A DNA stretch of 64,000 nucleotides from NCBI GenBank assembly GCA_965218785.1, contig OZ244650.1, positions 128,001 to 192,000 on the forward strand, given 5' to 3'. The stretch is from Nitrosopumilus sp. GTDB taxonomy: Archaea > Thermoproteota > Nitrososphaeria > Nitrososphaerales > Nitrosopumilaceae. The notes below the pieces were generated by a model that did not search any database, had not been told where the DNA came from, and worked only from the letters and a program-made list of their open reading frames with translations. The translations under genes and the position numbers were made by a program. Positions 18,632 to 29,773 of this stretch are shown one piece after another. Every line of letters begins with the position of its first letter. Position 1 is the first letter of the stretch.

Positions 18632-20788
18632 TTGCTAAAAAATACCAGTCTAGTCTCCATAGGTAATTTTGAACTAAAATCAAACCATCTTTTAATAATT
18701 GGTATTCTTGCCTTGTCCTTTACCATCTCCGTGCTGCTTCGTTCACAGGCAGCTGACTTTGGTTCTGCATTAAACGAGTTTGATCCCTTTTTCAATTACA
18801 GGGCCACACAGTATATTGTAGATAACGGAGTTGTACAGTATTTTCAATGGGATGACGCCCTGAGCTGGCATCCGCTTGGCAGGGACGTCTCTTCTGGTTC
18901 CCAGGTAATACTACATCTGAGTGCTGCCACAACCTACTGGATATTTGGTGGCGGCATGGATCTTTATGATTTTACAATCATATTTCCCGTGGTTTTCGGC
19001 GCCCTGTCTGCGATTGTTATTTTTGCCCTAGTCAGAGTCATAGGCGGAACCACGGCCGGTCTGTTTGCTGCCATGTTGTTCTCCATCTCCCTGCCAATAC
19101 TGGTCCGCGGCCCGATTGGATGGTTCAAATCCGAACCCCTGGGATTGTTCTTTAGTCTTTTGACGGTGTACTTTTTGCTTAGCGGAATAAGCTCAAAAAA
19201 CAAAAAAATAGCATCTGCAAAACTGATCAGTGCCGGAATCCTTACGGTATTTTCCATCTCCGCCTGGGGCGGCAACCAGTTCTTTATCATTCCAATAGGA
19301 ATATTCTTCATTACACTGCCGTTTTTAAGAACCGATCATAAATTCATAGTATGGGCAGTCCCCCTGTACACTGCCGTTGTAGTTATAGCCTCCTTTGGAT
19401 TTGAGCGGGTAAGCTCCAACTTTCTTTTCGGCATGGGGGGAATATCCATACTGGTCTCCACCATGTTTGTAGTCTCTTGCATCTTTATTCAAAACAAAAG
19501 CCCGAAAAATAAAACACGAAACGGTCTGCTGTTCCTGGTTGTGCTCCTGGTTGCCGCCCCCACCGTGCTGATAATCGACTCTGATGCGGGATTTTTACCG
19601 CTGCCAAGTCACAGATATCTCAACGCGTTAAACCCGTTTCTGACTACCACTGATCCACTAGTCGACTCTGTATCAGAGCATGCAACAACAACACTTGCAC
19701 AGTCGTTTCTGTTTCATTCCGTTTTGATGATTTTTGCAGGAATAGGAGTCTGGCTGATCATTAAAAATATTCAAAATACAACAGGTTCCGGCTTTATCAA
19801 AAATGACATGCTGTCTTTTTCATTGATTGTGGGACTAGTCGGAGTTTACGTGGGCTCGACATTTGTCAGACTGGAGGTATTTGCATCAGTTGGCCTAATC
19901 ATCCTGGCATCTTTGGGTCTGACTTTCCTGACCAGGGAGTTTCTCAAAAACAACCACACGTTAAAAAAACCAAACAGCAAACTGGTAAAACTGCCCTACA
20001 TTGCAGGTATTATTGTTCTTTTGACGCTTCCGATGGTTTATCCCGCAGATGCAAATCTGTTTACCTTCTCCAAGGCCCCGCCAACCATTCTTAATGGCGG
20101 AACCACATTCCCCATCGCCACCACTGACTGGCTGGACACGCTGGAATGGATAAAAAACAACACTCCCCAGGATGCGGTAATTGTGTCCTGGTGGGATTAC
20201 GGCTATTGGATCTCTACAATGGCCGAGAGGGCCACAATAGCTGATAATTCCACAATATCCACCACTATAATTAAAAACATAGCCCAGATATTTCTCAGCA
20301 ATACCGATGATGCCTGGCACTCCCTTAACGAGATACAGGCAGATTACGTCGTGGTGTTCGTTGCAGGCCAAAAACTCGATATTGCCTCGGAGGAATCGCT
20401 TTACATTCTAGGAGGCGGGGGGGACGAATCAAAAAAACAGTGGTTTATGAGGATAGCAGAATCTGATCTGTCCCGACATTTGTACCCTGATGGCTTTAGT
20501 GCCACTGATTATTTCTGGAATGAGACACTACTTGGCGAGATGTTCCCCTTTTCCGTACTGGGATATCTCAACCCAGATGACTTTACAGAACAGTATGCAT
20601 CGTATGTGGATGGAACGATCGGAGTATACAGCAAGGACATCAAATTCCCGGCAGACGGCAACGGACCGCTGAGACTGGTGTATACATCTCCTGGTTATGT
20701 TGCAGAAAACATCGGACCGATGATCGGGGTTTTTGTCTATGAAATAAACAAGGACTATGTCTCTACTTCTCCACTACCTGATACCTAG
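18632..20788 (+). CDS. aglB: Oligosaccharyltransferase AglB (STT3)
   Basis: EFDPFF, SVSEH and WWDYG motifs; many TM helices. Confidence 0.93.
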   Translation: MLKNTSLVSIGNFELKSNHLLIIGILALSFTISVLLRSQAADFGSALNEFDPFFNYRATQYIVDNGVVQYFQWDDALSWHPLGRDVSSGSQVILHLSAATTYWIFGGGMDLYDFTIIFPVVFGALSAIVIFALVRVIGGTTAGLFAAMLFSISLPILVRGPIGWFKSEPLGLFFSLLTVYFLLSGISSKNKKIASAKLISAGILTVFSISAWGGNQFFIIPIGIFFITLPFLRTDHKFIVWAVPLYTAVVVIASFGFERVSSNFLFGMGGISILVSTMFVVSCIFIQNKSPKNKTRNGLLFLVVLLVAAPTVLIIDSDAGFLPLPSHRYLNALNPFLTTTDPLVDSVSEHATTTLAQSFLFHSVLMIFAGIGVWLIIKNIQNTTGSGFIKNDMLSFSLIVGLVGVYVGSTFVRLEVFASVGLIILASLGLTFLTREFLKNNHTLKKPNSKLVKLPYIAGIIVLLTLPMVYPADANLFTFSKAPPTILNGGTTFPIATTDWLDTLEWIKNNTPQDAVIVSWWDYGYWISTMAERATIADNSTISTTIIKNIAQIFLSNTDDAWHSLNEIQADYVVVFVAGQKLDIASEESLYILGGGGDESKKQWFMRIAESDLSRHLYPDGFSATDYFWNETLLGEMFPFSVLGYLNPDDFTEQYASYVDGTIGVYSKDIKFPADGNGPLRLVYTSPGYVAENIGPMIGVFVYEINKDYVSTSPLPDT

Positions 20789-20940
20789 GAATATCTTTCA
20801 GGCAGCCTGTATCTCATGTACTTGTCATCAGGCGAAAATTTTGCCGGATGCGCCGACCTTGTATCCTCCTTACATTTGGGACAGTTTATTTTTAACGTGT
20901 AGTGATTGCACTCTGTGCATCTTCTCAACTGAAATCTCAT
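20785..20940 (-). CDS. nop10: H/ACA RNP protein Nop10 (51 aa)
   Basis: MRFQLRRCTECNHYTLKINCPKC...SAHPAKFSPDDKYMRYR read manually; directly downstream of aIF2-alpha. Confidence 0.93.
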   Translation of the reverse strand: MRFQLRRCTECNHYTLKINCPKCKEDTRSAHPAKFSPDDKYMRYRLPERYS

Positions 20941-21738
20941 CTAATTATCCCTGGTCTTTTTTGACTCTTCCCTGGTAAACTTGAATCTGCCTTTTTTCTT
21001 TTCTATGTTGCCCTGAATTTCGGCAATTACCGGTTTTAGCGCCCTTTCGGCGGATTTGAAATTATCTGAAATTATTGACAGCCTGTACTTTGGCGCCCCC
21101 AGATATGTTATATCCGCAGTGGAATCTTTTTTCAACGCATCTAACAGCGTCTTTTTAATGATCTCCACGCCGTCTGTCTTGCTGCTGCTAATCTCCATAA
21201 TCCCCCTGATCTCCACTGATGGAAGTTTTATCTTGGCACAAATCTCCTCGATTGAAGCTGCGGTCTTTTTTGCAATTTTAAGCTCCTTTACGGACTCGAT
21301 TCCGTTTCTTCCAATCTCTATGAACGCATCATATACCGAATCAAACTTTGAATAAATACTATCCTCCAACTTTTCAACTTCGGCATCTGATAACTTTGCC
21401 TTTTCCTTTACATTTTGTAACAGCGTCTTGCCTTTTTCATATTTTTTGACCTCCTTGAGTTTCTGCTTTTTCTGATCCTTTGAGATCTGCTTTAATGACA
21501 AATCAATGTCACCACGCTGGGAATTTACCTTTTTGACAAGCAGCACCTTTTTCTCCCCGCCCTTGACGAACCTGTTTATTGATCTAATCCATCCCGGAGC
21601 AATCTCTGATATATGTAAAAACCCCTGAATACTGTCATACTCGTCTAGTGTTACATATGCCCCGTGATCCATCACCTTTGTAACTGTGGCCAGGACAATC
21701 TCCCCCTGCTCTGGCATCTCTTGAATTTCAGTAGACAT
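20941..21738 (-). CDS. eif2a: Translation initiation factor 2 alpha subunit
   Basis: S1 domain (GAYVTLDEY, LHISEI, IDLSLK) and YLGAPKYR. Confidence 0.96.
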   Translation of the reverse strand: MSTEIQEMPEQGEIVLATVTKVMDHGAYVTLDEYDSIQGFLHISEIAPGWIRSINRFVKGGEKKVLLVKKVNSQRGDIDLSLKQISKDQKKQKLKEVKKYEKGKTLLQNVKEKAKLSDAEVEKLEDSIYSKFDSVYDAFIEIGRNGIESVKELKIAKKTAASIEEICAKIKLPSVEIRGIMEISSSKTDGVEIIKKTLLDALKKDSTADITYLGAPKYRLSIISDNFKSAERALKPVIAEIQGNIEKKKGRFKFTREESKKTRDN

Positions 21739-21778
21739 TACGCAAAAACTCCCCGATGTGTAAATTAATGTTTGCTGG

Positions 21779-22312
21779 CTAGAAATCTATTCCTTTTTTG
21801 GCCTTGATCCCCTTTTGGAACGGATGTTTTATCTCCCTCATCTCCGTAACTAGATCTGCTGCCTCTATGACCTCGTCTCTGGCATAGTTTCCAGTCAGGA
21901 CCAGATCCACCCCCTGCGGTTTTGATCTTATTAGTTCCAAGACATCCCCGACTGGGATTAATTCAAGATTTACGGCATAGTTGATCTCATCTAAAATGAC
22001 AATATCATACATGCCTGACTGTATCTTCTCACTGCTTACCCTTACTGCCTCCCTGGCAATCTTTTTGTGATCCTCCTTTGGGCTCTTATCATCTATAATT
22101 CCGACAAATCCCTTGCCTACGGCTATTATTTCAAATTCAGGCTCTAGTCTTTTAGACGAGTCCATCTCACCATAGTGCCACGAACCCTTGATGAACTGAA
22201 TCATGCATGTTTTCTTTTTATAACCTGTGGCCCTCAATGCAATACCTAGTGCCGCCGTTGTTTTGCCCTTTCCCTTGCCCGTATATACGATGGTCAGCCC
22301 GTCTTTGTCCAT
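21779..22312 (-). CDS. cobO: Cob(I)yrinic acid a,c-diamide adenosyltransferase
   Basis: YTGKGKGKTTAALG, QFIKG, ILDEIN, ADLVTEM, KHPF...GIDF. Confidence 0.95.
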   Translation of the reverse strand: MDKDGLTIVYTGKGKGKTTAALGIALRATGYKKKTCMIQFIKGSWHYGEMDSSKRLEPEFEIIAVGKGFVGIIDDKSPKEDHKKIAREAVRVSSEKIQSGMYDIVILDEINYAVNLELIPVGDVLELIRSKPQGVDLVLTGNYARDEVIEAADLVTEMREIKHPFQKGIKAKKGIDF

Positions 22313-22394
22313 GGCTCATATCCGGGTGATCATACTAAAAACATAGCATTCTTCAAAAATAAACCAATTTAAAGAAAATTATTCCAGTCACTGC

Positions 22395-23756
22395 GTGAAG
22401 ATACCCAGAGTCGTCATAGCAGGAGCTACTAGCGGGGTTGGAAAAACATCCATAACCTGCTCCGTTATTTACTGCCTGCAAAAACGGGGCTACTGCGTCC
22501 AGCCCTTCAAGGTGGGACCGGACTATATTGATCCCAGTTATCTATCCGGCATCTCAAAACGTGCCACTGCATACAATCTTGATGTCTGGCTGATGGGAAA
22601 AAACCGGTTGTTACACAGTTTTGTCTCAAACTCAAAATCCGATGTCTCTGTAATCGAGGGTGTCATGGGGTACTATGACGGGTTTGCAGGTGATTCAAAT
22701 TTTGCAAGCACCCACCACGTGGCCTCCATCACAAAATCCCCCGTTCTCCTGGTTTTAGATGCAGGCAAAACTGCCCGCTCTATTGCCGCAACTGCCCTGG
22801 GCTTTCAAAAATTTCATAGAAATTCCCGAATCTCTGGAATCATCCTCAATAAACTGGGAAGTAAAAAGCACGAGACACTCTGCAGGGACGCATTACGCAA
22901 AATCAAGATTCCAGTAGTGGGGGCAATCCCAAAAAACCCGCTGTTACACATGAGCTCACGGCATCTGGGATTACTGGCAACACTGGAAGGCAACACCCTG
23001 AAAAAACAGATTGAAAAAACATCAAAAATAATCTCAAAATTCTTGGATGTTGATCAAATTATCAGAATCATGAAAAGCTCAACAACTCTTCCAAAAGTAT
23101 CTGTACCAACTCATAAAAAACCAAAAACCACGATTGCAGTCGCCCTTGACACGTCATTTAATTTCTATTATCAGGACAATCTAAAGGCATTGCAACGCGA
23201 GGGCGCCGTTCTAAAGTTCTTTAGCCCAGTTAAAGACAAAAAAATTCCAAAATGCGACGGGTTGTACATCGGCGGCGGCTTTCCAGAAGTACTTGCAGGC
23301 CAGCTTGAAAAAAACCAGAATATGAAGAAGATCATAAAAAGACTTGCCGAAGACGACATGCCAATCTATGCAGAGTGTGGCGGACTGATGTATCTGACAA
23401 AATCAATTTCTTATAAGAACAAGACACACAAAATGATCGGCTTTTTTGATGCCCAAACCAAGATGACAGACAAGATGCGACTCAATTATACCAAAGGCCA
23501 GATGATCACAGAACAAAACGTACTCTCTGAGAAACCGCACAATTTTCAAGGCCATGAATTTCATTACTCCGAGTTGGATTCTGTCTCTTCTGATTCCAAA
23601 TTTGCCTACAAACTGGAGGTTGGCCATGGAATCCACAGACACCAAGACGGAATGATACAGCACGGCACGCTTGCATCATATGGCCATCTCTATTTTGATA
23701 GTTCCAGTTATGCACAGATTTTTGTGAAAAATTCCATAAATTATTCAAGGAGTTGA
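22395..23756 (+). CDS. cbiA: Cobyrinate a,c-diamide synthase
   Basis: SGVGKT, KVGPDYID, IEGVMG, AECGGLMYL, GHEFHYS. Confidence 0.95.
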   Translation: MKIPRVVIAGATSGVGKTSITCSVIYCLQKRGYCVQPFKVGPDYIDPSYLSGISKRATAYNLDVWLMGKNRLLHSFVSNSKSDVSVIEGVMGYYDGFAGDSNFASTHHVASITKSPVLLVLDAGKTARSIAATALGFQKFHRNSRISGIILNKLGSKKHETLCRDALRKIKIPVVGAIPKNPLLHMSSRHLGLLATLEGNTLKKQIEKTSKIISKFLDVDQIIRIMKSSTTLPKVSVPTHKKPKTTIAVALDTSFNFYYQDNLKALQREGAVLKFFSPVKDKKIPKCDGLYIGGGFPEVLAGQLEKNQNMKKIIKRLAEDDMPIYAECGGLMYLTKSISYKNKTHKMIGFFDAQTKMTDKMRLNYTKGQMITEQNVLSEKPHNFQGHEFHYSELDSVSSDSKFAYKLEVGHGIHRHQDGMIQHGTLASYGHLYFDSSSYAQIFVKNSINYSRS

Positions 23757-24385
23757 TCTGCCCGGACCAGCTTGAAGATCGCGTTAATTATGGCAGAAGC
23801 CGACGAACTGCCGCCCTTTCTGCCTATATTGGTGATAAATGGCGTGTCCTCCAGCCTGGATAACTCTTCTTTTGATTCTGATGCGCAGATAAATCCCACC
23901 GGAATTCCAATAATCAACGCAGGCTTTGCCACCCCCTCCCTTACCATCTGAATCACTTCTAGCAGGGCAGTCGGGGCGTTTCCTATGGCCACTACTCCGC
24001 CGTTAATCTCAGAGGCAGCGGCCCTCATGGCCACCTGGGAGCGGGTCTTTCCGGCCTTTTTTGCCAGCTCCATGATCTCCGGACTAGAAATATTACAGAT
24101 TATGTTGTTTCCAAAATCCAGTGGATTTTGTTTGTTTAGTCCCCCAATCACCCCGTTTACATCAACTACTATGCTGCAGCCGCCTTTCAATGCCGTCATC
24201 CCGCTCCTGACTGCATCCCTGTGAAAGAGCACCCTGTTTTTATCTGCAAAATCAAAATCCGCAGTGGAGTGGATGACTCTTTTGACAATCGGCCACTGCA
24301 TCTGGTCATACTGATGTGCTCCAACCTCGTCTTCAATGACCTGCATACTTGCATCCTCGATTGACTGGCCTTTTTTAGTCTGCAT
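23741..24385 (-). CDS. cbiC: Precorrin-8X/cobalt-precorrin-8 methylmutase
   Basis: RVIHSTAD, IGNAPTAL, GIPVGFI, GRKGGS. Confidence 0.95.
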   Translation of the reverse strand: MQTKKGQSIEDASMQVIEDEVGAHQYDQMQWPIVKRVIHSTADFDFADKNRVLFHRDAVRSGMTALKGGCSIVVDVNGVIGGLNKQNPLDFGNNIICNISSPEIMELAKKAGKTRSQVAMRAAASEINGGVVAIGNAPTALLEVIQMVREGVAKPALIIGIPVGFICASESKEELSRLEDTPFITNIGRKGGSSSASAIINAIFKLVRADQLLE

Positions 24386-25130
24386 TTTTTTCGACCTCCG
24401 CTGCCCTCTCCATTATCAAATTAATTATCTTTTCATCTGTTCCTATGTGTTTTGTAACGTACGTATTTTTCAGACTGGACTTTTCCAGCGCCGGAATCAA
24501 ATCGTTGTTGATGTCGGTTTTTACATGCGCACCCTCGTGAAGAAAATAAAATACGATTATCAGAATCTCAGGATTGTCTTTTTCACATTTTTTGACTCCT
24601 GCAAAAATATCTGGCTGCTCCATCTCCAGCCAGCATCTGCTGACATTTCTGTATGTGTCTTGCAGCTGATCTACAATGTAATTTAATGATCTCTGTGCGT
24701 TGGGATCGACGCTTCCATGTCCGATGATCATCACATCCACATCCTTTTTTGCATGACTTTTTTTATTTTCACTTAATGTTGCAGAAATCCTGTTCTCAAC
24801 AATATCAACTAGTGTCTTATGCATGCTCATCGGCTTTGTTATGACAAACTTTACCTTGGTGTCTTTTTGCATCTTCATGACGTCAGTAACTGCGTTTTTT
24901 ACCTTCTTGCCAGGATACAGAAAATACGGAACTATGGTCAGCGAATCAATCTTCTCTCTGAGACACCTGGCTATCCCGTCATCAATGTATGGCGGCTCGA
25001 CTTCCAGAAAACAATAGTCTGTAAATACGTAATTCCCCCGGGCCTTGACTCCCTGGCAAATAACCTCTAGTTCTTCGGATGCCTCTCTCTGCCTGCTTCC
25101 CCTGTCAATTAGTAGTAATCCGCGCCTCAA
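24375..25130 (-). CDS. cbiX: Sirohydrochlorin cobaltochelatase CbiX (two-domain)
   Basis: Duplicated CbiX domains (RGS...FLE..P, PYFLYPG; GHGS, FLHEGAHVKTDI) within the cbi cluster. Confidence 0.88.
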   Translation of the reverse strand: MRRGLLLIDRGSRQREASEELEVICQGVKARGNYVFTDYCFLEVEPPYIDDGIARCLREKIDSLTIVPYFLYPGKKVKNAVTDVMKMQKDTKVKFVITKPMSMHKTLVDIVENRISATLSENKKSHAKKDVDVMIIGHGSVDPNAQRSLNYIVDQLQDTYRNVSRCWLEMEQPDIFAGVKKCEKDNPEILIIVFYFLHEGAHVKTDINNDLIPALEKSSLKNTYVTKHIGTDEKIINLIMERAAEVEKNAD

Positions 25131-26197
25131 TCTACAATCCTCGCAATAGATATGGTCAGATCAGGCGGGAATTTCTGTTTTTCTACAATTAGCTCCCCCC
25201 CGGATACCTTGAGTGCCGCAGCTTCTGAGACGCTTGCAGTTCCCTCAAATGCCCTGACAGTTTCTGAGGGATTCGGGGCTGCAATCTCTGCTAGCTCTTC
25301 CCTGTTTACATATTCCACGGGAACACCCATCTCTTTTCCAATATCTATCAATCCTTGGATGTCCTGCGGTTTTTTTATTGATACAAGTCTGGCAACGGAT
25401 TTTGAACTGAGTTTGAATCTTTGCAGGCACGTCCTGATGCCCTGCCTGATTGTCTCCTTTGATGTATCCTGGTGTAATCCGATGCCGATTACCAGACTCG
25501 GGGGACGATACACCACTGATTCCTTCTCCGGGTATTTGTCAATCTGTCTGTCAGAAATTATAAGACATGCCTTGGAATCTGAATTTCTCAGATCCTCCAA
25601 ATTGCTGTAGATTGACACGTTCTTTGGCAGCTTTTTGTACCAGTTCCTCGCACCGGCCTCTTGCAGCACTCCGATGGGCTCTTCATTTACCATGTGTGCG
25701 CTGATCCTAGTTACTGTAGAGTCATCATCAATCTTCCAGCCAAGATCCCTGCCCACCAAATCCACTGCTATGGTGTTGTTAACATCAGCTGCAGTTGTGA
25801 TGACAGGCAACGCGTCCAATCCTTTAGCAATCTCCCGGGTCATCTCGTTGGCCCCGCCGATGTGGCCTGATAACACACTGATTACAAAATTTGCCTGATC
25901 ATCAATTACAATTACGGCCGGATCTGTTTTTTTATCCTTTAGGTGCGGTGCAACCAGCCTGATTACCGCCCCCAAAGAAAAGATGCACACCACCGCATCG
26001 TTATTTTTAAAAAGCTCGACAATTTTTTCTGACGTGGGTTCTGAATATAAGGTCATCATCTTATCATTACTGTTATTCTCATCTGAGAATTTTGAAGGTG
26101 CAAAGACATCCCAATCAGGAAACACCCCCTTTAATTTTTGCCCGATTCTTATCCCGTTTTTTGTAATGGCAAGTACTGCAGTCTTTCCCATAATCAA
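25127..26197 (-). CDS. cbiG: Cobalt-precorrin-5A hydrolase CbiG
   Basis: DKKTDPAV, LSGHIGGAN, VITTA, SVSEAAAL. Confidence 0.93.
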   Translation of the reverse strand: MIMGKTAVLAITKNGIRIGQKLKGVFPDWDVFAPSKFSDENNSNDKMMTLYSEPTSEKIVELFKNNDAVVCIFSLGAVIRLVAPHLKDKKTDPAVIVIDDQANFVISVLSGHIGGANEMTREIAKGLDALPVITTAADVNNTIAVDLVGRDLGWKIDDDSTVTRISAHMVNEEPIGVLQEAGARNWYKKLPKNVSIYSNLEDLRNSDSKACLIISDRQIDKYPEKESVVYRPPSLVIGIGLHQDTSKETIRQGIRTCLQRFKLSSKSVARLVSIKKPQDIQGLIDIGKEMGVPVEYVNREELAEIAAPNPSETVRAFEGTASVSEAAALKVSGGELIVEKQKFPPDLTISIARIVD

Positions 26198-26210
26198 AAC
26201 CTTTTAAATT

Positions 26211-27311
26211 TCATAAAATACCTTGCTCCCCTGATCTTCTGGCCAGAATTCTTCCATCAAAGTCAAACAGTATGACATCAATTGGAACTGCCTGCCCAGA
26301 GTGCCCCCTCATGTGCCTGTATGTCTCTGCAACGATCAAATCAAAAAATCCATTGATGCTGCCTTTCTGGATTATCTCACTGACATGTCTTGCCGTGTTT
26401 GCCTTTTTGATGTCTTTGATTACCGCCTCTGCCGCACCCGCTTTTTTTGCCAGCTCTGCAAGAAAGCCCATGTCCACCTTTGATCCTTTAACGTGGGTCT
26501 GCTTTACACCTGCTGCCATCTTTGCCAGTTTTCCGATAAAGCCGACAACGTATGCCTTTTTGATATTTTTTTTACCGCATTGCTGAATCGTATATCCTGA
26601 AAAATCCCCCATCTGCACAAAGCAGTGTTCTGGCAAGTCGACTATCTTTTTTGCAAAATCCTCACTTCTTCCACCCGTGGTTAGTACCACTGTGTCATCG
26701 CCCATGGCCATCGACACATCCAGATTCTGTCTTATTGATGCGGCATACGATGCCGTTGAAAACGGAAATACAATTCCGCTAGTTCCTAAAATTGAAATTC
26801 CATCTTTAATTCCTATTCGTGGATTGTCCGTCTTTGGTCCCAGTTCCCTTCCCTTGGGAACTGAAATCACAATTCTGATTCCTTTTTTTCCAAGAACCTC
26901 CCCGCCGATCTCCCTCAAATTCTCGATGATCATTTTTTTGGGAACGGGATTTATTGCAGGCTCGTTGATCTCCAGTCCCAAACCCGGCTTGGTCACTATT
27001 CCGACTCCCTCTCCACCGTCAATTCTGATCTCGTTGATCTTTTTAGTAAATGATACCTCAACTATGATTTCTGCCCCGTGGGTGACATCCGGATCGTCCC
27101 CCCCGTCCTTAATTACCGAACACGTCGCATTTGCAGAATCAAAATGACAAGAGTGCACCGGAATTTTCACAAAACTCCCCTTTGGCAGCCGGATGGATAT
27201 CTCTTGGATTTTCTCCTGATTAATTATTGCCTGCAACCCCGCCTTGGCAGCTGCCGTCGCCGAACTTCCCGTAGTGTAGCCTGTTTTCATTCCCGCCTTT
27301 TTTTCTTCCAC
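26211..27311 (-). CDS. cbiD: Cobalt-precorrin-5B C1-methyltransferase
   Basis: GYTTGSSATAA, KDGGDDPDVTHG, GGEGVG, NPRIGI..GISILGT. Confidence 0.95.
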   Translation of the reverse strand: MEEKKAGMKTGYTTGSSATAAAKAGLQAIINQEKIQEISIRLPKGSFVKIPVHSCHFDSANATCSVIKDGGDDPDVTHGAEIIVEVSFTKKINEIRIDGGEGVGIVTKPGLGLEINEPAINPVPKKMIIENLREIGGEVLGKKGIRIVISVPKGRELGPKTDNPRIGIKDGISILGTSGIVFPFSTASYAASIRQNLDVSMAMGDDTVVLTTGGRSEDFAKKIVDLPEHCFVQMGDFSGYTIQQCGKKNIKKAYVVGFIGKLAKMAAGVKQTHVKGSKVDMGFLAELAKKAGAAEAVIKDIKKANTARHVSEIIQKGSINGFFDLIVAETYRHMRGHSGQAVPIDVILFDFDGRILARRSGEQGIL

Positions 27312-27396
27312 GTCTATAGTCCTTTTTTTACCGTATTAACTTATTTGCATGTCTGGAACTCAATAGATTTAAAATTAAAAACAACCTGGGATTCTC

Positions 27397-28266
27397 ATGG
27401 CTGAAAACCTCCAGATAGTTGTTACGGGTGCGACCGGATTTCTCGCAAGAAATATCAGGGAATACTTTTCTGCAAACAACGTAAAACTGGTTTCAATCTC
27501 TAGAAAAAACTTTGTAGAGTTTGACCGCGAATCCAAAGTCATCTCAAAAAATTATGATGAAAAAACCCTTTTGAGAAAAATCCGAAATTCAGATGCGGTT
27601 ATCCACCTGGTCGGAATCGGAAGACAGTCAGTCAAGACCGATTATGACATGATAAACGTCGAATTTACAAGGCATGTCCTTAACCTAAGCAAAAAGGCAG
27701 GAATCAAGAAATTCGTCTATGCAAGCGGTCTTGGCGTTTCATCAGATGCCCATCTTGGATACTTTATCTCAAAGTACAGGGCAGAAAAACTAGTTATGAA
27801 TTCAGGATTAAACTATACTATTTTCAGACCCTCATACATTGTTGGAAGGGATGACTCTTTTACAAAATATCTGAAAAGACAGATAAAAAAGAAGCGAATT
27901 GAAATTCCCGGATCCGGAAGGTATCTGATTCAGCCAATCTACATTAATGACGTGGCAAAAATTTTCCTACAGTCCGTGCAGAAAACAAAATTCAGGAACA
28001 AAACCCTGGATCTTGTCGGTTCTGAGCATATTACCTTTCAACGATACGTCAAACTGTTTTCCAAGCAGACCAAAACAAGCATCAAAAAAATCAGCCTGGA
28101 AAAAGCCTACCACAGGGCAATAACTAATCCGAAATCCGATTTCGGAGTCGATGATCTCAACATCCTGGTTGGTAATTTCAAGGGGGACCATGCCAAGCTA
28201 CAACGCATCACCGGAATGAAATTCCAATCAGTTACCGGATTACTAGAGTCCGGCAGACTGTCTTAG
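27397..28266 (+). CDS. NAD-dependent epimerase/dehydratase (atypical SDR, NDUFA9-like)
   Basis: TGATGFLA Rossmann motif, Yxx[18 protein letters not shown]. Confidence 0.85.
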   Translation: MAENLQIVVTGATGFLARNIREYFSANNVKLVSISRKNFVEFDRESKVISKNYDEKTLLRKIRNSDAVIHLVGIGRQSVKTDYDMINVEFTRHVLNLSKKAGIKKFVYASGLGVSSDAHLGYFISKYRAEKLVMNSGLNYTIFRPSYIVGRDDSFTKYLKRQIKKKRIEIPGSGRYLIQPIYINDVAKIFLQSVQKTKFRNKTLDLVGSEHITFQRYVKLFSKQTKTSIKKISLEKAYHRAITNPKSDFGVDDLNILVGNFKGDHAKLQRITGMKFQSVTGLLESGRLS

Positions 28267-29418
28267 TGTCTGGGCCTTGTCTGTTTTTTCCCATGAAAAC
28301 CCGGGCTCGTTTCGTCCAAAATGGCCATACGATGCCGTATTTTTGTAGATCGGTCTCTTTAGATCCAGATGTGAAATTATTTTAGAAGGCCTCATGTCAA
28401 AATTATTTCTGACTAGTTCTTCAATCCGCTCTTCTGGAATCTTGTTTGTTCCAAAGGTATTGACATAAAGTGATACCGGCTCTGCGACTCCTATTACATA
28501 TGCAAGCTGTACCTCGCACCTGTCAGCTAGTCCTGCTGCCACGAGATTCTTTGCAATATATCTGGACATGTAACATGCGGATCTGTCCACTTTGGAGGGA
28601 TCTTTTCCTGAAAACGCCCCTCCACCGTGCCTTCCAAATCCGCCATAAGTATCAACGATGATCTTTCTTCCAGTCAAACCGGCATCCCCGTGCGGTCCTC
28701 CAATTACAAATTTTCCAGTCGGGTTGACGTGAATCTTGATCTCCTCGTTCCAAAGATCTCCCAATACCGGCTTTATTATCTTGTCAATTATCTCCCTTGA
28801 AATTTCCTCCTGGGAAACCTCTGGTGCATGCTGTGTTGAAACTACCACCGTTTCAATTTTAGCAGGCCTGTTATCTTCATATCTTACAGATACCTGCGAC
28901 TTGCCGTCCGGTCTTGCCCATGGCAGAGTCTTGTCCCTTCTTACCTGTGACAACCTCTGAATGAGTTTGTGCGCCAACAAAATCGGCATGGGCATCAGCT
29001 CTTCAGTCTCATTTGTAGCATAACCGAACATCAATCCCTGGTCTCCTGCACCCTGCTCCCTCTGCTCTGTGGCAGTTATGCCCTGACTGATATCAGGACT
29101 CTGCGAGTGCAATCTTAGATTGATCTGACAGGTATCTGCATCAAACATCAGTTCCTTGTTGTCATATCCTATATCCCTGATCGTCTTTCTGACTAGTTCT
29201 TCCTGGGCCTTTTGATCAAAATCGGCCTTGGATGTAACCTCGCCGGAGACTGCCACAAAATCCGTAGTTACCATTGTCTCTATTGCCACTCTTGAATCAG
29301 GATCCTGTCTGAGATATTCATCTAGTAATGCGTCTGAAATATTATCACATAACTTGTCTGGATGTCCCTCTGTTACTGATTCTGATGTAAATAGAAAATT
29401 GCTGGTCATGATAATCAT
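28243..29418 (-). CDS. metK: S-adenosylmethionine synthetase, bacterial/eukaryotic type
   Basis: [49 protein letters not shown]. Confidence 0.96.
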   Translation of the reverse strand: MIIMTSNFLFTSESVTEGHPDKLCDNISDALLDEYLRQDPDSRVAIETMVTTDFVAVSGEVTSKADFDQKAQEELVRKTIRDIGYDNKELMFDADTCQINLRLHSQSPDISQGITATEQREQGAGDQGLMFGYATNETEELMPMPILLAHKLIQRLSQVRRDKTLPWARPDGKSQVSVRYEDNRPAKIETVVVSTQHAPEVSQEEISREIIDKIIKPVLGDLWNEEIKIHVNPTGKFVIGGPHGDAGLTGRKIIVDTYGGFGRHGGGAFSGKDPSKVDRSACYMSRYIAKNLVAAGLADRCEVQLAYVIGVAEPVSLYVNTFGTNKIPEERIEELVRNNFDMRPSKIISHLDLKRPIYKNTASYGHFGRNEPGFSWEKTDKAQTLRQSAGL

Positions 29419-29424
29419 GACCCG

Positions 29425-29670
29425 TTAGAGTTCATTTTCAAGTTTGATAAATAACACGTTGTTGCCTCTGACAATTACCCTGCCATAACTTGCCGTTACT
29501 TTATTATCATGCAGTTCATCTGCATCAGTCATAATCAAATTCATGTACGAATCAACATTATCCATTTTTCCTTTGTACTCTACTTCATTTTTCAGCCGTA
29601 CGGTAACTTTCTTTTTGGTACTTTTTTGAAGAGTTGTCAAGGGTCTTTTTGCACTACTTGGTTGAGACAC
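29425..29670 (-). CDS. Sm-like archaeal protein (Lsm)
   Basis: Sm1 (D.YMNL) and Sm2 (IVRGNNV) motifs. Confidence 0.92.
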   Translation of the reverse strand: MSQPSSAKRPLTTLQKSTKKKVTVRLKNEVEYKGKMDNVDSYMNLIMTDADELHDNKVTASYGRVIVRGNNVLFIKLENEL

Positions 29671-29773
29671 TAATTATTCACTTGTCTTGCAACGTTGTTC
29701 TCTAGAATAAAAGCCTTGCCTCTTTTATGAAGATTGGAATCCCTTAAATTTTTTCTTATTCTTCTAATAATAT

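Noticed and set aside
21779-27311. Cobalamin gene cluster as a novel system
   Set aside because: B12 biosynthesis via cbi genes is a well-known core trait of Nitrososphaerota
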